Assembly: GCA_964508365.1 (NCBI GenBank) | Contig: CAZDTP010000003.1 | Location: 2,589 to 66,588 of the forward strand | Reading direction: 5' to 3' | DNA from: an uncultured archaeon | GTDB taxonomy: Archaea; Asgardarchaeota; Lokiarchaeia; Sigyniarchaeales; SOKP01 | Length of the DNA stretch: 64,000 bases | Shown: piece after piece, positions 30,776 to 40,640 of the stretch | How positions within the stretch are numbered: position 1 is the first letter of the stretch | Layout of the letters: every line of letters begins with the position of its first letter | Position numbers and translations under genes: made by a program | Notes under the pieces: model-generated | Databases searched by the model: none | What the model was told of the DNA's origin: nothing | What the model saw: the letters and a program-made list of their open reading frames with translations, nothing else

Positions 30776-30815
30776 AAAAATCAGTATGTATAAAAGAAGT
30801 GAAAATTAATTTAAA

Positions 30816-31031
30816 ATGGTTGAATTTTGTGAAAATTGTGGTGGAATAATGCTTCCATTTAAAGATTTAGGTGAAATTATTCTTGTATGTACTTCATGTG
30901 CTAAAATTAAACCATTAGAGGAAGAGGTTATCGAATCTTATAAATTTAATACTGAGATTTATCATCCACCAGGGGAAGAATTTAAAAATCTTGAGAATAT
31001 GAAAGATTGGAAAAAAAAATTCACTCAATAA
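30816..31031 (+). CDS. RpoM/TFS-like N-terminal zinc ribbon only
   Basis: FCENCGGIMLP...LVCTSC; no second ribbon or acidic hairpin. Confidence 0.65.
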   Translation: MVEFCENCGGIMLPFKDLGEIILVCTSCAKIKPLEEEVIESYKFNTEIYHPPGEEFKNLENMKDWKKKFTQ

Positions 31032-31078
31032 ATTCCCCAATTATCCACAAAAATTATAGAATAATCAAAAACTTATAA

Positions 31079-31288
31079 GTGGTGAAAATTTTAACAGATA
31101 AAAATATTTTAAAAAGTAGAAGAGAAGAGTTGAAGATTAGAATTATCTCAAGGATTAAAAAGCGTTCTAAAAAGAAAAATGTTTTAAATGAGATATCAAA
31201 AGACATAGAAAAAACTGAACTCGAACCTGAAGATCTAATTTTAATAGATTATATTGACAAAAAAATATCAAAATCAATAGGTTTTTGA
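31079..31288 (+). CDS. Small basic hypothetical protein
   Basis: 69-aa ORF co-oriented with the cluster; no recognised motif. Confidence 0.4.
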   Translation: MVKILTDKNILKSRREELKIRIISRIKKRSKKKNVLNEISKDIEKTELEPEDLILIDYIDKKISKSIGF

Positions 31289-31494
31289 ATTTTAAGTAAA
31301 ACAGTGGGAATAATCTGGATAAGAACTAAAAATTATTCGATTAAATTCTAAATATTATAATCTAATTCATTTTTTCTACTTACCAGCAAATATCTTTCTG
31401 TTTATTACATTTAATTTTTTCTTTAAAGTCTTGATTTATTCCTTTTTGAATTTTTCAAAAATTCACGATTTGATATTTTTCGTTATTCTTTAAA

Positions 31495-32130
31495 TTAAAA
31501 ATTATTTAATGCTTTATTTAATATGATAATATTAGACTTTGGATAATATTTTGAATAATCTAATATTTTTTCTTTTGAAGTTCCATCCAACAATTTGGAG
31601 AGTTCAATCAATATTCTATTTTCATTTCTATGAGTATAATCCCATAAATAAAGTAAATCTAAAATTGTTTTTTCAAGGTCTGAATATTTAACTTTTCCAT
31701 TTATAATTCCGAAATTGAAGAGACCGTCTTGAAACCTGATAAACCTATAATTTTTACCTAAAATCTTTATTGGTTTGTTTCTAAAAATTCGGTTATTTAT
31801 AAGATAACAGTATTTATTCTGATGGTTATAGTCGATTTCATTAAGTTTTAATGCAGTAAATAGACCATAATACCAATTATGAATATTCTTCAGTTTTAAT
31901 GCTTTTGCTATAAGTTCTGAGATTGGAGGGTTTACTATATTTTGGATAATTTCATTAGATGTTTTTACATAATATATATCATCTAAGATCTTTATCAAAA
32001 ATTTACGAGATATTAAATAATTGCATTTAATCCTATAATTCAAATACAACTCTTTACAATAGTTTTTCAATTCATCTAAACTAATAAGTTCTTTCTTTTC
32101 TTCCCTAATTTTCTTAAGAATTCGATTCAT
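31495..32130 (-). CDS. AbiEi-like (type IV TA antitoxin/transcriptional regulator) protein
   Basis: wHTH N-terminus, YYGLFTALKL, SDLEKTILDLLY motif. Confidence 0.6.
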   Translation of the reverse strand: MNRILKKIREEKKELISLDELKNYCKELYLNYRIKCNYLISRKFLIKILDDIYYVKTSNEIIQNIVNPPISELIAKALKLKNIHNWYYGLFTALKLNEIDYNHQNKYCYLINNRIFRNKPIKILGKNYRFIRFQDGLFNFGIINGKVKYSDLEKTILDLLYLWDYTHRNENRILIELSKLLDGTSKEKILDYSKYYPKSNIIILNKALNNF

Positions 32131-32233
32131 AAATCATTCAAGGATATATAATTACAAATTAATATAAAACACACACACATTTAGTACAGTATCTATATAA
32201 GATGCCTCAACATTTATGCCTTTTCAGTAAAGA

Positions 32234-32821
32234 TTAGATATATTTTTTGTTACTCATATAAAAGCTAAATTGGATTGAACCATTTATATTTTTTATTGAA
32301 AACTCTTTTTCTAAGAGTGGTTTTATATTCCTCAATAAGCTAGATTTAACTCGTTTATAATTCTGAGTATAATTAATGATGCATAGTATTCCGTATTGAT
32401 GTAGATAATATTTATATAAAAACTTGATAGAAAGATATCTTTTCTTTTTACTTAGTCGAGAATAAATTTTGTTAGCAATAACCATATCAAACTTACCATT
32501 ATAAAAGATAAAATCATGAAGTGATACCCCTTTAGAAACATCGAGAAGATAAGTAGAATAATTTTTATGTTTCTTAAAATAATTTTTAAAGGATTCTAAA
32601 ATCTTTTCTGATTTATTCGCAATAAAAAATTGCGAATCAGGAGAAATCTTATGTATTTGGGGATAAATTTCTATTAAAGATTCTCCAATTATCAAAATCT
32701 TATTCAATTTTCTATTTTGTTCTTGAGTTAAACCTTTAATCAGATTTGTTAATACTTGATATTCTCCAGATTCAGTTGACTTTAAGTTATTGCGATTATA
32801 ATTACTAATTTCTGTTTTCAC
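32234..32821 (-). CDS. Divergent class I SAM-methyltransferase-like protein
   Basis: Rossmann-like pattern (ILIIGE, LDVSKG, KFDMVIA, LHQYGILCI) with degenerate glycine motif. Confidence 0.45.
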   Translation of the reverse strand: MKTEISNYNRNNLKSTESGEYQVLTNLIKGLTQEQNRKLNKILIIGESLIEIYPQIHKISPDSQFFIANKSEKILESFKNYFKKHKNYSTYLLDVSKGVSLHDFIFYNGKFDMVIANKIYSRLSKKKRYLSIKFLYKYYLHQYGILCIINYTQNYKRVKSSLLRNIKPLLEKEFSIKNINGSIQFSFYMSNKKYI

Positions 32822-32850
32822 CTCTTTAAAATATGTATTTTACTTAGTAT

Positions 32851-33290
32851 CTAATAAAAAGGGAATCTATTTCTTCTGTCTTTCTGAGAAGGTAACAATT
32901 TTTGGGAAATATCTTTATCTATTAGTCCTTCTATATGGCATAAATATTCGTATTCTTCTTTCAAAACTAAAGAAATTGCAATTCCATTTTTATTCATTCG
33001 AGATGTTCTGCCTATACGATGAACATAATTTTCTGGATAGTGTGGGATATCATAGTTAAAAACATGAGATATATTTTCTATGTCTAATCCTCTAGCAGCA
33101 ACATCTGTAGCAATAAGCATATTAATCTTGTTTTTTTTGAAATTCTTTAAAACATTCTCCCTTTTATGTTGAGATAACTCTCCTGAAATTAATCCAATTT
33201 TATAAAATCTATTAAAGAAAGAATTGTTTAACATCTTGAACAACCATTTTCCTGTTTTTTTTGTATTCACAAACACAAGAGAAAATTTAT
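32851..33290 (-). pseudogene. C-terminal (RecA2) half of a DEAD-box RNA helicase
   Basis: LVFVNT, LIATDVAARGLDI, YVHRIGRT motifs IV-VI; no Walker A or DEAD domain upstream. Confidence 0.8.
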
Positions 33291-33569
33291 TAATTCCTCA
33301 ATTTTCCAATCGAAATTATCATATTGCTTATTAATTCTCTTTTTTATGTTCCCAATCTCAGAATTGAGCTTTGTTTCAATATTTACAGATATACATTTAG
33401 GATTTACAACAATAAAGTCTAATAGCTCCTTTTTATTCAACTTTTTCCATTTCTCAACATCTTCTCTATTGACATAAATGTCATACCCCGTGCGACAACA
33501 CTCTCCACACATCGCACATTTAAAATAACTGAAAGAAAAATCTTTTGCTCTTCTTTTCGGATAACTCAT
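33267..33569 (-). pseudogene. N-terminal part of a YkgJ-family (Zn/Fe-chelating Cys-cluster) protein
   Basis: FKCAMCGECC...EDVEKW; the C-terminal CPFL...C motifs are missing and it runs into the helicase fragment. Confidence 0.6.
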
Positions 33570-33592
33570 CTTAACTCACCTGTCAAATTCTT

Positions 33593-35137
33593 TTATAATT
33601 CAAAAACGCTTGTAATTCCTATTTCTGAAATAGTTTCTAGAGTTGGCTTAAATTTTGATTTAAAAATTCTCCAATAATACAATTCTTCCTTAGATCTCAC
33701 TGAAAAATCTGGTGTGATTTGTTTCTCATCATTGAACTCGGTATCAGATATAATTTTATTTAACTGATCTCTTAAAATGAATTGAGACCCTGCACCATCC
33801 GAAAACTTTTGCTTTTTCCTCCAAATAAATTTTTCAGGCATCTCGTTTTCAAATGCTTTCCTTAGGATCCATTTTTTTGCTATCCCAACATTATTTTTCC
33901 TAAAAATTTTTAATTCGGAGGGTATCTTAAATGAAAATTCGGCTAATCTATGGTCGAATAAAGGGGCTCTAGCTTCGATGGAAAAGAAGTAAGGAATACG
34001 ATCAACCCGTTGTAATCCTGTCTTATGCTCTACTTCTAACAAGTTTAAAAGTTCTTGATTCAATGACTCTTTGGACTCTAAATTGCCTAAATAGGAATAT
34101 CCCCCAAAAAGTTCATCTCCCCCTTCTCCTGTAAGAAGAACGCATTCTCCTTGGTCTTCTTTAATTTTTTTTGAAATTAAAAACATAGGGACAGAACTTC
34201 TTATCAAAGCTGCATCAAATGTTTCAAGTGCAAATATTACATCCGGTAAACATTCAATCATATCCTTTAGATTTACTTCAACAACAGTATGATTTAAATT
34301 ATACAATTTAGCAAATTTTTTAGACATAAATATGTCTTTTGACCCTTCAACTCCAACGGTGTAAACATTTAAATCTTCGGTTAAATCCTTGGCAATGTAA
34401 GTAACTATTGAAGAATCTAATCCTCCGCTTAACAAAGTACATATTTTCTCCCCCTCCTGAATGTTATCTGCTACAATTAATTTCACTAATCTATTTAATT
34501 CGACCGTATAATTAAATATGATCTGACTTGTTAGTTTGTATTTCTTGATAAACTCTGGATAGTGATAAAATTTCGCAGTTTTTCCCGAAGAATATCTTGC
34601 TCTTCCAGGTTTAATAGGGCTAATTTTATTGCCTAAAGAAGTAAGAGCTTTAAGTTCAGAAGAACAGATAAAGTAATCACTATTCTCACAATAATATAAG
34701 GGTTTTCCGCCTATTGGATCCTTAAAACCAATTAATTCATCTCCATTAAAAATAACTCCACTAAAAGAACCCACTAATTGATTAAGAATTTCAATCCCAC
34801 ATTTATGATATCCCGCAATTACCCCTTCTAAGTTATTACTTTTATCTTTATCTATATCTTCATAAACATTTAAATACTTAGCATTAATTTCCATTAAATT
34901 ATAGATTTGACCATCAATAATAATTAAATCATTCTTATTTCCATCAAAACTGAAATTTAAAGGTTTATTTGTTTCAATTTCCTTTCTTTGATAAAAAATG
35001 ATTTCAATAGGAAAGTTTTCATGCTTAAATCTATGATTTGCACCCCGATGTTTCAAAGTAGAGGAGCCTTTTCTGATTTTGTCTAATAAATCTTTATTCA
35101 ATTTATTCTTCTTATAAATTGCGAATATCCCTGCCAT
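33593..35137 (-). CDS. Asparagine-synthetase-B-like amide ligase with degenerate glutaminase domain
   Basis: Probable start MAGIFAI at 35137; LLSGGLDSS, TGEGGDELFGGY, EARAPLFD, KWILRKAF. Confidence 0.8.
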   Translation of the reverse strand: MAGIFAIYKKNKLNKDLLDKIRKGSSTLKHRGANHRFKHENFPIEIIFYQRKEIETNKPLNFSFDGNKNDLIIIDGQIYNLMEINAKYLNVYEDIDKDKSNNLEGVIAGYHKCGIEILNQLVGSFSGVIFNGDELIGFKDPIGGKPLYYCENSDYFICSSELKALTSLGNKISPIKPGRARYSSGKTAKFYHYPEFIKKYKLTSQIIFNYTVELNRLVKLIVADNIQEGEKICTLLSGGLDSSIVTYIAKDLTEDLNVYTVGVEGSKDIFMSKKFAKLYNLNHTVVEVNLKDMIECLPDVIFALETFDAALIRSSVPMFLISKKIKEDQGECVLLTGEGGDELFGGYSYLGNLESKESLNQELLNLLEVEHKTGLQRVDRIPYFFSIEARAPLFDHRLAEFSFKIPSELKIFRKNNVGIAKKWILRKAFENEMPEKFIWRKKQKFSDGAGSQFILRDQLNKIISDTEFNDEKQITPDFSVRSKEELYYWRIFKSKFKPTLETISEIGITSVFEL

Positions 35138-35313
35138 TTTTAACTCATTTGATTTTAAAATTTTAATTTGAAAATCTGCCCCGATAAAACGAGTTTGATT
35201 ATAAGAATGAAAAAAATTACAATCAAACTTCAATTATAACTCTAAAAAAATAATGGGATCAGCTGATTTGGGGGATAGCTCCTTATTAAATTGTTGGATT
35301 GCATCTTTTCAAA

Positions 35314-35538
35314 TCAAAATTTTCTCACTAATATTTGTTTCGAAGCGTGAATGATATCAAGTTTAGGTAATTCTTGTATCTTCTTAATGAATTCAACTTG
35401 ATTTTTGATAGTATTCCAGTTCGAGTTGCTCAATTCAGAAATTTCACTTATTGTATGAAATTTACCATCATCTAAAACTCTAAAAATATTTTCTAATATC
35501 TGCCATTTGGTTTTCCTGTGTGAAACGCTTACGGAAAT
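35314..35538 (-). CDS. Small winged-helix-like protein absent from the ORF track (no in-frame ATG/GTG/TTG)
   Basis: Open frame ISVSVSHRKTKWQILENIFRVLDDGKFHTISEISELSNSNWNTIKNQVEFIKKIQELPKLDII; HTH-like pattern. Confidence 0.5.
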   Translation of the reverse strand: MSVSVSHRKTKWQILENIFRVLDDGKFHTISEISELSNSNWNTIKNQVEFIKKIQELPKLDIIHASKQILVRKF

Positions 35539-35902
35539 ATCATTTCACCAATTGATTTAATTTTTATATCTGTATTAACAGTTTTTCATTATGCAAATAA
35601 TATTTTTCATTCTATATAAAAGTATATATGTCTATTTAATTTGCATATAAATATAATTCTTTAATAAGGGTGTTTATTTAATTTATAAATAGATTCTCTC
35701 TTATTTAAATGAACATTATATTTATATTACTAAAATTGCTATAATAATATAGTATCAACTATGTATATTTATAAATTCACTCATAAAGTGGTGAATATTC
35801 CTCTTTTTATATCATATTGATCGGCTTTTGAAAGTCCCTCAAGCCGTTCTTTTGAATAATTGAGATATGATAAATTAAAAATTCCGAAAAGGAGGTATTT
35901 TT

Positions 35903-37639
35903 ATGGTAAAAATTAATAATATTGGGTTTAAAAAACAAAAAGCAAGAAAAATTTTAACAGCATGTATTGGTCAATGTGTCCATGTAGCAGGAGTCCATAA
36001 TTTTATGAAGATAGCAACCGAATTAGGGTTTGAATGTTTATTTTTAGGCCCTGCGACACCGGTTTCTGTGATTATTAATAAATTAAAAACATTTGGACCT
36101 AACATTTTAGGACTTAGTTATCGGTTAACGCCCTCTACTCTTAGACCAATACTTCAAGAATTTAAAGAAAATTATAAAGAACTGAAAGAAAAACCTCAGA
36201 AACTTTTGTTTGCTGGTACTACTGAAGTAGTTAAAGTTGCTAAAGAGAGTAATCTTTTTCAAGAATTTTTTACTGGGGGAGAATCAAAACATAAAATAAT
36301 ATCCATTTTAAGAAATGATTTATCTGCTTATAAGGAAGATTATATAATTCCTGAAGATTTAATTTCACGAATAAAATGGAAAAGTCCATTTCCCGTATTA
36401 AGAGCACATTTTGGATTACCTACTTTAAAGGATACTTTAAAGGGAATAAAGAAAATAGCGGACTCAGAGGTTTTAGATATCATCTCAATTGCTCCTGATC
36501 AAAATACTCAAGCTAATTTTTTCCATCCTAAGGATCAAGTTAAAGAATTATCTGGAGCAGGAGGGGTTCCTATCAGAGCTAAAGATGATCTTTTCAAGTT
36601 ACATAACGCAAGATTAACGGGAAACCAACCATTATTACGAATATATGCAGGCACTCGTGATATTATAGAATTAGCCGAATTATTCAGGGAAACAATTCAA
36701 AATGCTTGGGCCGCTATTCCAATTTTTTGGTTTAACCAGATGGATGGTCGTGGACCTTTGACCTTAAAAGAATCAATTAAACAACATTTAGAAGCAATAA
36801 AATGGCACGCTAAAAATAATATTCCCGTTGAGATCAATGATTCTCACCATTGGAGCTTAAGAGATGCCCCAGATTCCATTGCAGTAGCAGACATGTATCT
36901 TTGCGGGATGATCGCTAAAAAGTTAGGGGTAAAACACTTTATAGCACAATTTATGTTCAACACGCCACCTTCAAGCTCACTAAATATGGATTTAGCTAAG
37001 ATACTCGCAAAAAATGAACTACTTCATTCTTTAACAGACAAAAACTTTTCGGTGATAAAACAAGTAAGGGCTGGATTAGCTAGTTTTCCAATAGATTCAG
37101 ACAAAGCTAAGGGTCAATTGGCATTAGCAACAATGGTTCAATTAACATTAAAACCAGATATCGTTCATGTCGTAAGTTACTCGGAAGCTAATAATGCTGC
37201 TCTTCCAGAAGATGTAATTGAGAGTTGTAAAATAGTGGATCAAGTCATAAATAGAATGTATTCAAGCGAAATTGACATGATTGATAGTCAAATACTAAAA
37301 AGAAAAGAAGAATTAATTAAACAAGCAAAATGGATAATTAATTTAATACCTTCTCTAGCTAAAAACAAAAAAGAGGTTAAAAATCCATATATTAATTCTA
37401 ATGTTTTAAATCGTCTTGTGAAATATGGGATATTTGATGCGCCACATTTAAAAAATAACGATTATGCTTTAGGTAAAATTAAAACTAAAATAATTGATGG
37501 CGCATGCTACTCTTGGGATGATTTAAGGCAAAAAAGATATAATGAAATACAAAGAATTACAGATGGTGTCTCTGATCTGCCTGATATTATATTACCTAAT
37601 ATGTTAAAACAAAAAATCTCTCTTTTAGGTGATATATAA
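35903..37639 (+). CDS. Cobalamin-binding domain fused to TIM-barrel-like domain (mutase-like)
   Basis: N-terminal GQCVHVAG (DxHxxG-like) and GLSYRLT B12-binding motifs, then a long catalytic-like domain. Confidence 0.7.
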   Translation: MVKINNIGFKKQKARKILTACIGQCVHVAGVHNFMKIATELGFECLFLGPATPVSVIINKLKTFGPNILGLSYRLTPSTLRPILQEFKENYKELKEKPQKLLFAGTTEVVKVAKESNLFQEFFTGGESKHKIISILRNDLSAYKEDYIIPEDLISRIKWKSPFPVLRAHFGLPTLKDTLKGIKKIADSEVLDIISIAPDQNTQANFFHPKDQVKELSGAGGVPIRAKDDLFKLHNARLTGNQPLLRIYAGTRDIIELAELFRETIQNAWAAIPIFWFNQMDGRGPLTLKESIKQHLEAIKWHAKNNIPVEINDSHHWSLRDAPDSIAVADMYLCGMIAKKLGVKHFIAQFMFNTPPSSSLNMDLAKILAKNELLHSLTDKNFSVIKQVRAGLASFPIDSDKAKGQLALATMVQLTLKPDIVHVVSYSEANNAALPEDVIESCKIVDQVINRMYSSEIDMIDSQILKRKEELIKQAKWIINLIPSLAKNKKEVKNPYINSNVLNRLVKYGIFDAPHLKNNDYALGKIKTKIIDGACYSWDDLRQKRYNEIQRITDGVSDLPDIILPNMLKQKISLLGDI

Positions 37640-38749
37640 ATGAATTTTTGTGTAATAGGAGCAGGAAATGGTGGTCGTGCATTCGCGGCATACCTATCTT
37701 CCAAAGGATATCAAGTGAATCTTTATAATCGTTCTTTTTCAAGAATTATTGATATAAAGAAGAAAGGGGGAGTTAAGGCATCTGGAGAAATAAAAGGTAA
37801 ATTCCCATGTAATTTAGTTACACAGGATTTAGAAAAAGCAGTAAAAAATGTTGATGTTATATTAATAGTTGTCCCCGCTTCAGCACATAAAGGCATTGCT
37901 GAAAAAATTATACGGTATCTCTCTCATGATCAAATAATATTATTAAATCCTGGAAGAACTTTTGGTGCTGTTGAATTTCGAAAAATTATTGATAAGAAAG
38001 GTAGACCCTTTCCCATTTTTATTGCTGAAATTCAAACGCTACTTTTTACTTCAAGACAACTAAAAAAAAATAGAGTAGAAGTCCTTAAAATTAAAAATCT
38101 TGTCGATTTTTCTGCTTTTCCTGAAAAAGATACTTCTTTTGTGTATGATACATTAAAAGGAGTATTTCCTCAATTAAATCCTGTAGATGATTATCTTGAA
38201 ATGACATTGAATAATATTGGAATGTTAATGCATCCAATCATTTCACTACTAAATGCTGGTGCAATGGAATATGGAAAAGCTTTTAAATTTTATGCAGAGG
38301 GTGCAACTCCTCGCACTTGTAAGATTCTTGAATTTATTCAGAATGAAATTAATAAAATCTTTAATGTTTTAGGGTTAAAAGAATTTAGATTTTGTAATTG
38401 GGCAAATAAATCATATGGGGTTCGAAAGAAATGCATCCATGATGCAATTCATAATATAGGAGCATATGAAAATATAGTAGCACCAAAGAACTTAATTACA
38501 AGATATTTCACTGAAGATGTACCTACAGGTTTAGTACCAATTTCGTCTATAGCTAAGTTCTTGGGCATTGAAACACCCATAATTGATTCTGTGATTAATC
38601 TTTCTTCAATATTATGTGGAATAGATTTTAGAAGTGAAGGAAGAACCTTAAAAGGATTGGATCTCGAAAAATTTATTCAAAATAGAATCAAAATTGAGGA
38701 ATTTATAAATTTAGGAACAAAACAGAAAATTCCTACCAAGAGTATCTAG
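37640..38749 (+). CDS. NAD/NADP octopine/nopaline (opine) dehydrogenase family protein
   Basis: GAGNGG, LNPGRTFGA, NIGMLMHP, RYFTEDVPTGLVP. Confidence 0.85.
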   Translation: MNFCVIGAGNGGRAFAAYLSSKGYQVNLYNRSFSRIIDIKKKGGVKASGEIKGKFPCNLVTQDLEKAVKNVDVILIVVPASAHKGIAEKIIRYLSHDQIILLNPGRTFGAVEFRKIIDKKGRPFPIFIAEIQTLLFTSRQLKKNRVEVLKIKNLVDFSAFPEKDTSFVYDTLKGVFPQLNPVDDYLEMTLNNIGMLMHPIISLLNAGAMEYGKAFKFYAEGATPRTCKILEFIQNEINKIFNVLGLKEFRFCNWANKSYGVRKKCIHDAIHNIGAYENIVAPKNLITRYFTEDVPTGLVPISSIAKFLGIETPIIDSVINLSSILCGIDFRSEGRTLKGLDLEKFIQNRIKIEEFINLGTKQKIPTKSI

Positions 38750-38802
38750 ACTCTCTGAGTGATAGGGATATGATCTTAGAATTTAATATAAATAAAAAAA
38801 CA

Positions 38803-39798
38803 TTATTTAATATAACCATTTTCTCTGAACCAGTTAATTGCCTTCTCAATAGTTTTTTTGATGGGTGTCTGTTTTAACCCCAATTCATTTACAGCCTTAG
38901 AACAATCAAAATGTTCCCCCATCTTTCCTAAGCGTACCTGAGACACCGAAACTATAGGGGGATTTTTCGTAATACGGGCTCCTACCTGAAATAAGTATCC
39001 TAAAAATAGTGCTACTTTATAGGGAATCTTCCGCTTTGGTGGTTTGACTCCTGCTATTTCAGCAATTAAATTAAAAAAATCTCCAACAAACAAATTTTCA
39101 TTGCCGAAGAGATACCTCTCACCAATTCTTCCTTTCTGAGCTGCCAGAATTTGTCCGCGTGCCACATCTTCAACATCAATAACATTAATAGCTCCTTCAA
39201 TATACCCTGGCATGGCTCCATTAGCAATATCGACAAGTAGTGCCCCAGAAGGTGTGGGTTTACAATCTCTCACCCCAATGACTAAAGTTGGATTTACTAT
39301 TACTAAAGGAAGTCCTTTTTCGCAAATTTTTTTTGCTTCAATCTCAGCAAGGTACTTTGAGATTGCATAATGGTCCCCTGCCTCCCATCCATTGAATTCA
39401 GCATCCTCTTTCACAAAGTTTCCAGCTCCATGAGATCCTATCGTATTAGAAGTGCTAGTATAAACAACTTTTTTTAATCCTTGAGAAAGTGCTTCCTCAA
39501 GAAGAGTTCTGGTCCCCTCGACATTTATATCATAAAATAATTTTTTATTAGGTGCCCAATGGGCAAATAAAGCAGCAACATGATAAAGTGTATCGCATCC
39601 CTTTAGTGCTATTATTACGGATTCCTTATCCCGAATATCACAATAGACCTTCTCCACATCTAGATCATCAATATTTCGAGTATCACTATCCTTTCTAATA
39701 GTAACCCTTACATCTGTGCCGTCTTTAATCAGCTCTCTTACAACATTTGAACCCATAAAACCATTTGCGCCCGTAACTAATACTGTTATTTTAATCAC
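38803..39798 (-). CDS. Extended SDR, NAD-dependent epimerase/dihydroflavonol-reductase (HpnA-like)
   Basis: TGANGFMG, YAISK catalytic YxxxK, VEDVARG. Confidence 0.88.
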   Translation of the reverse strand: MIKITVLVTGANGFMGSNVVRELIKDGTDVRVTIRKDSDTRNIDDLDVEKVYCDIRDKESVIIALKGCDTLYHVAALFAHWAPNKKLFYDINVEGTRTLLEEALSQGLKKVVYTSTSNTIGSHGAGNFVKEDAEFNGWEAGDHYAISKYLAEIEAKKICEKGLPLVIVNPTLVIGVRDCKPTPSGALLVDIANGAMPGYIEGAINVIDVEDVARGQILAAQKGRIGERYLFGNENLFVGDFFNLIAEIAGVKPPKRKIPYKVALFLGYLFQVGARITKNPPIVSVSQVRLGKMGEHFDCSKAVNELGLKQTPIKKTIEKAINWFRENGYIK

Positions 39799-40243
39799 CT
39801 TGTAAAATAATATTAATCTAAAAAAATCTTTCTACTATATATATTTTATAGACTAAGAATTCAATATCTTGTACTAAGACTAAAACTCCACTTTCAGCAA
39901 AATCTATTCATATAGAGAAGTCTTTGCTCTTAAAGCCGTCTAAAGACAATTACAAATAACAATGTAAGATAATTTTTTTCATAATTATTTGTGTGTAAAA
40001 TTAATACAAATTTAGATTCTTTTTTTTTCCCTTTTAAGAAATTAAGTTAAAAATATAACAATATATAATTAATGATAAATTAAATTATTAAAACTTAGAG
40101 TTTTGGTTTCACATTTCTTTATATCAAAATCAATAATCGTTGTTTTGGGAGAAATTTTTTGACTAATTAACTAAAACTAAAAGGTTTAAATAAGTAGAAT
40201 CTTTATTTTCAATTGGGAAACAAAAATTAAAATTAAAAAAAAA

Positions 40244-40555
40244 ATGCCATTCCAACCACGTCACCATAGACCTCCTATACATCGTATAGCAAGTCAAAAA
40301 ATAGGAACTCGACTCACAAAATGTCTAACTGAGTGCGAAAGCGGAGAGGAAGTTATCGTATTAAGGGTAAATGCTGGATATGGGGCAAAGACACGTCTTG
40401 CTAATTTAGGAATTGTTCCTGGAGTAAAAGTTAAAAAAACGAAAAATGCTCCTTTTCGAGGACCAATAGAAATAAAAGTTAAAGGCTCATCCTTAGTCCT
40501 TGGTAGAGGTTTAGCATCTAAAATATTAGTAAGTTGTAACAATTCTTATACTTAA
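40244..40555 (+). CDS. feoA: Ferrous iron transport protein A
   Basis: RLANLGIVPG...APFRGP...GRGLA. Confidence 0.9.
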   Translation: MPFQPRHHRPPIHRIASQKIGTRLTKCLTECESGEEVIVLRVNAGYGAKTRLANLGIVPGVKVKKTKNAPFRGPIEIKVKGSSLVLGRGLASKILVSCNNSYT

Positions 40556-40640
40556 TAATCGCGTTATAAGATTAAATTGGATTAATTTTATAAAAATTTC
40601 TAAGAGGAATTCATTAAAAAAAGATGGGTTGTTTTAATAA

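Noticed and set aside
35138-35233. N-terminal 32-codon extension of the AsnB-like ORF
   Set aside because: The family N-terminus aligns at MAGIF (35137); the upstream codons look non-coding
35510-35550. Second BHB intron at the start of the small wHTH gene
   Set aside because: The registers I tested that would restore the frame gave no 4-bp central helix with 3-nt bulges
39850-40200. Repeated ACTAA motifs upstream of feoA as a DtxR/Fur-type iron box
   Set aside because: No clear palindrome; short AT-rich motifs are expected by chance
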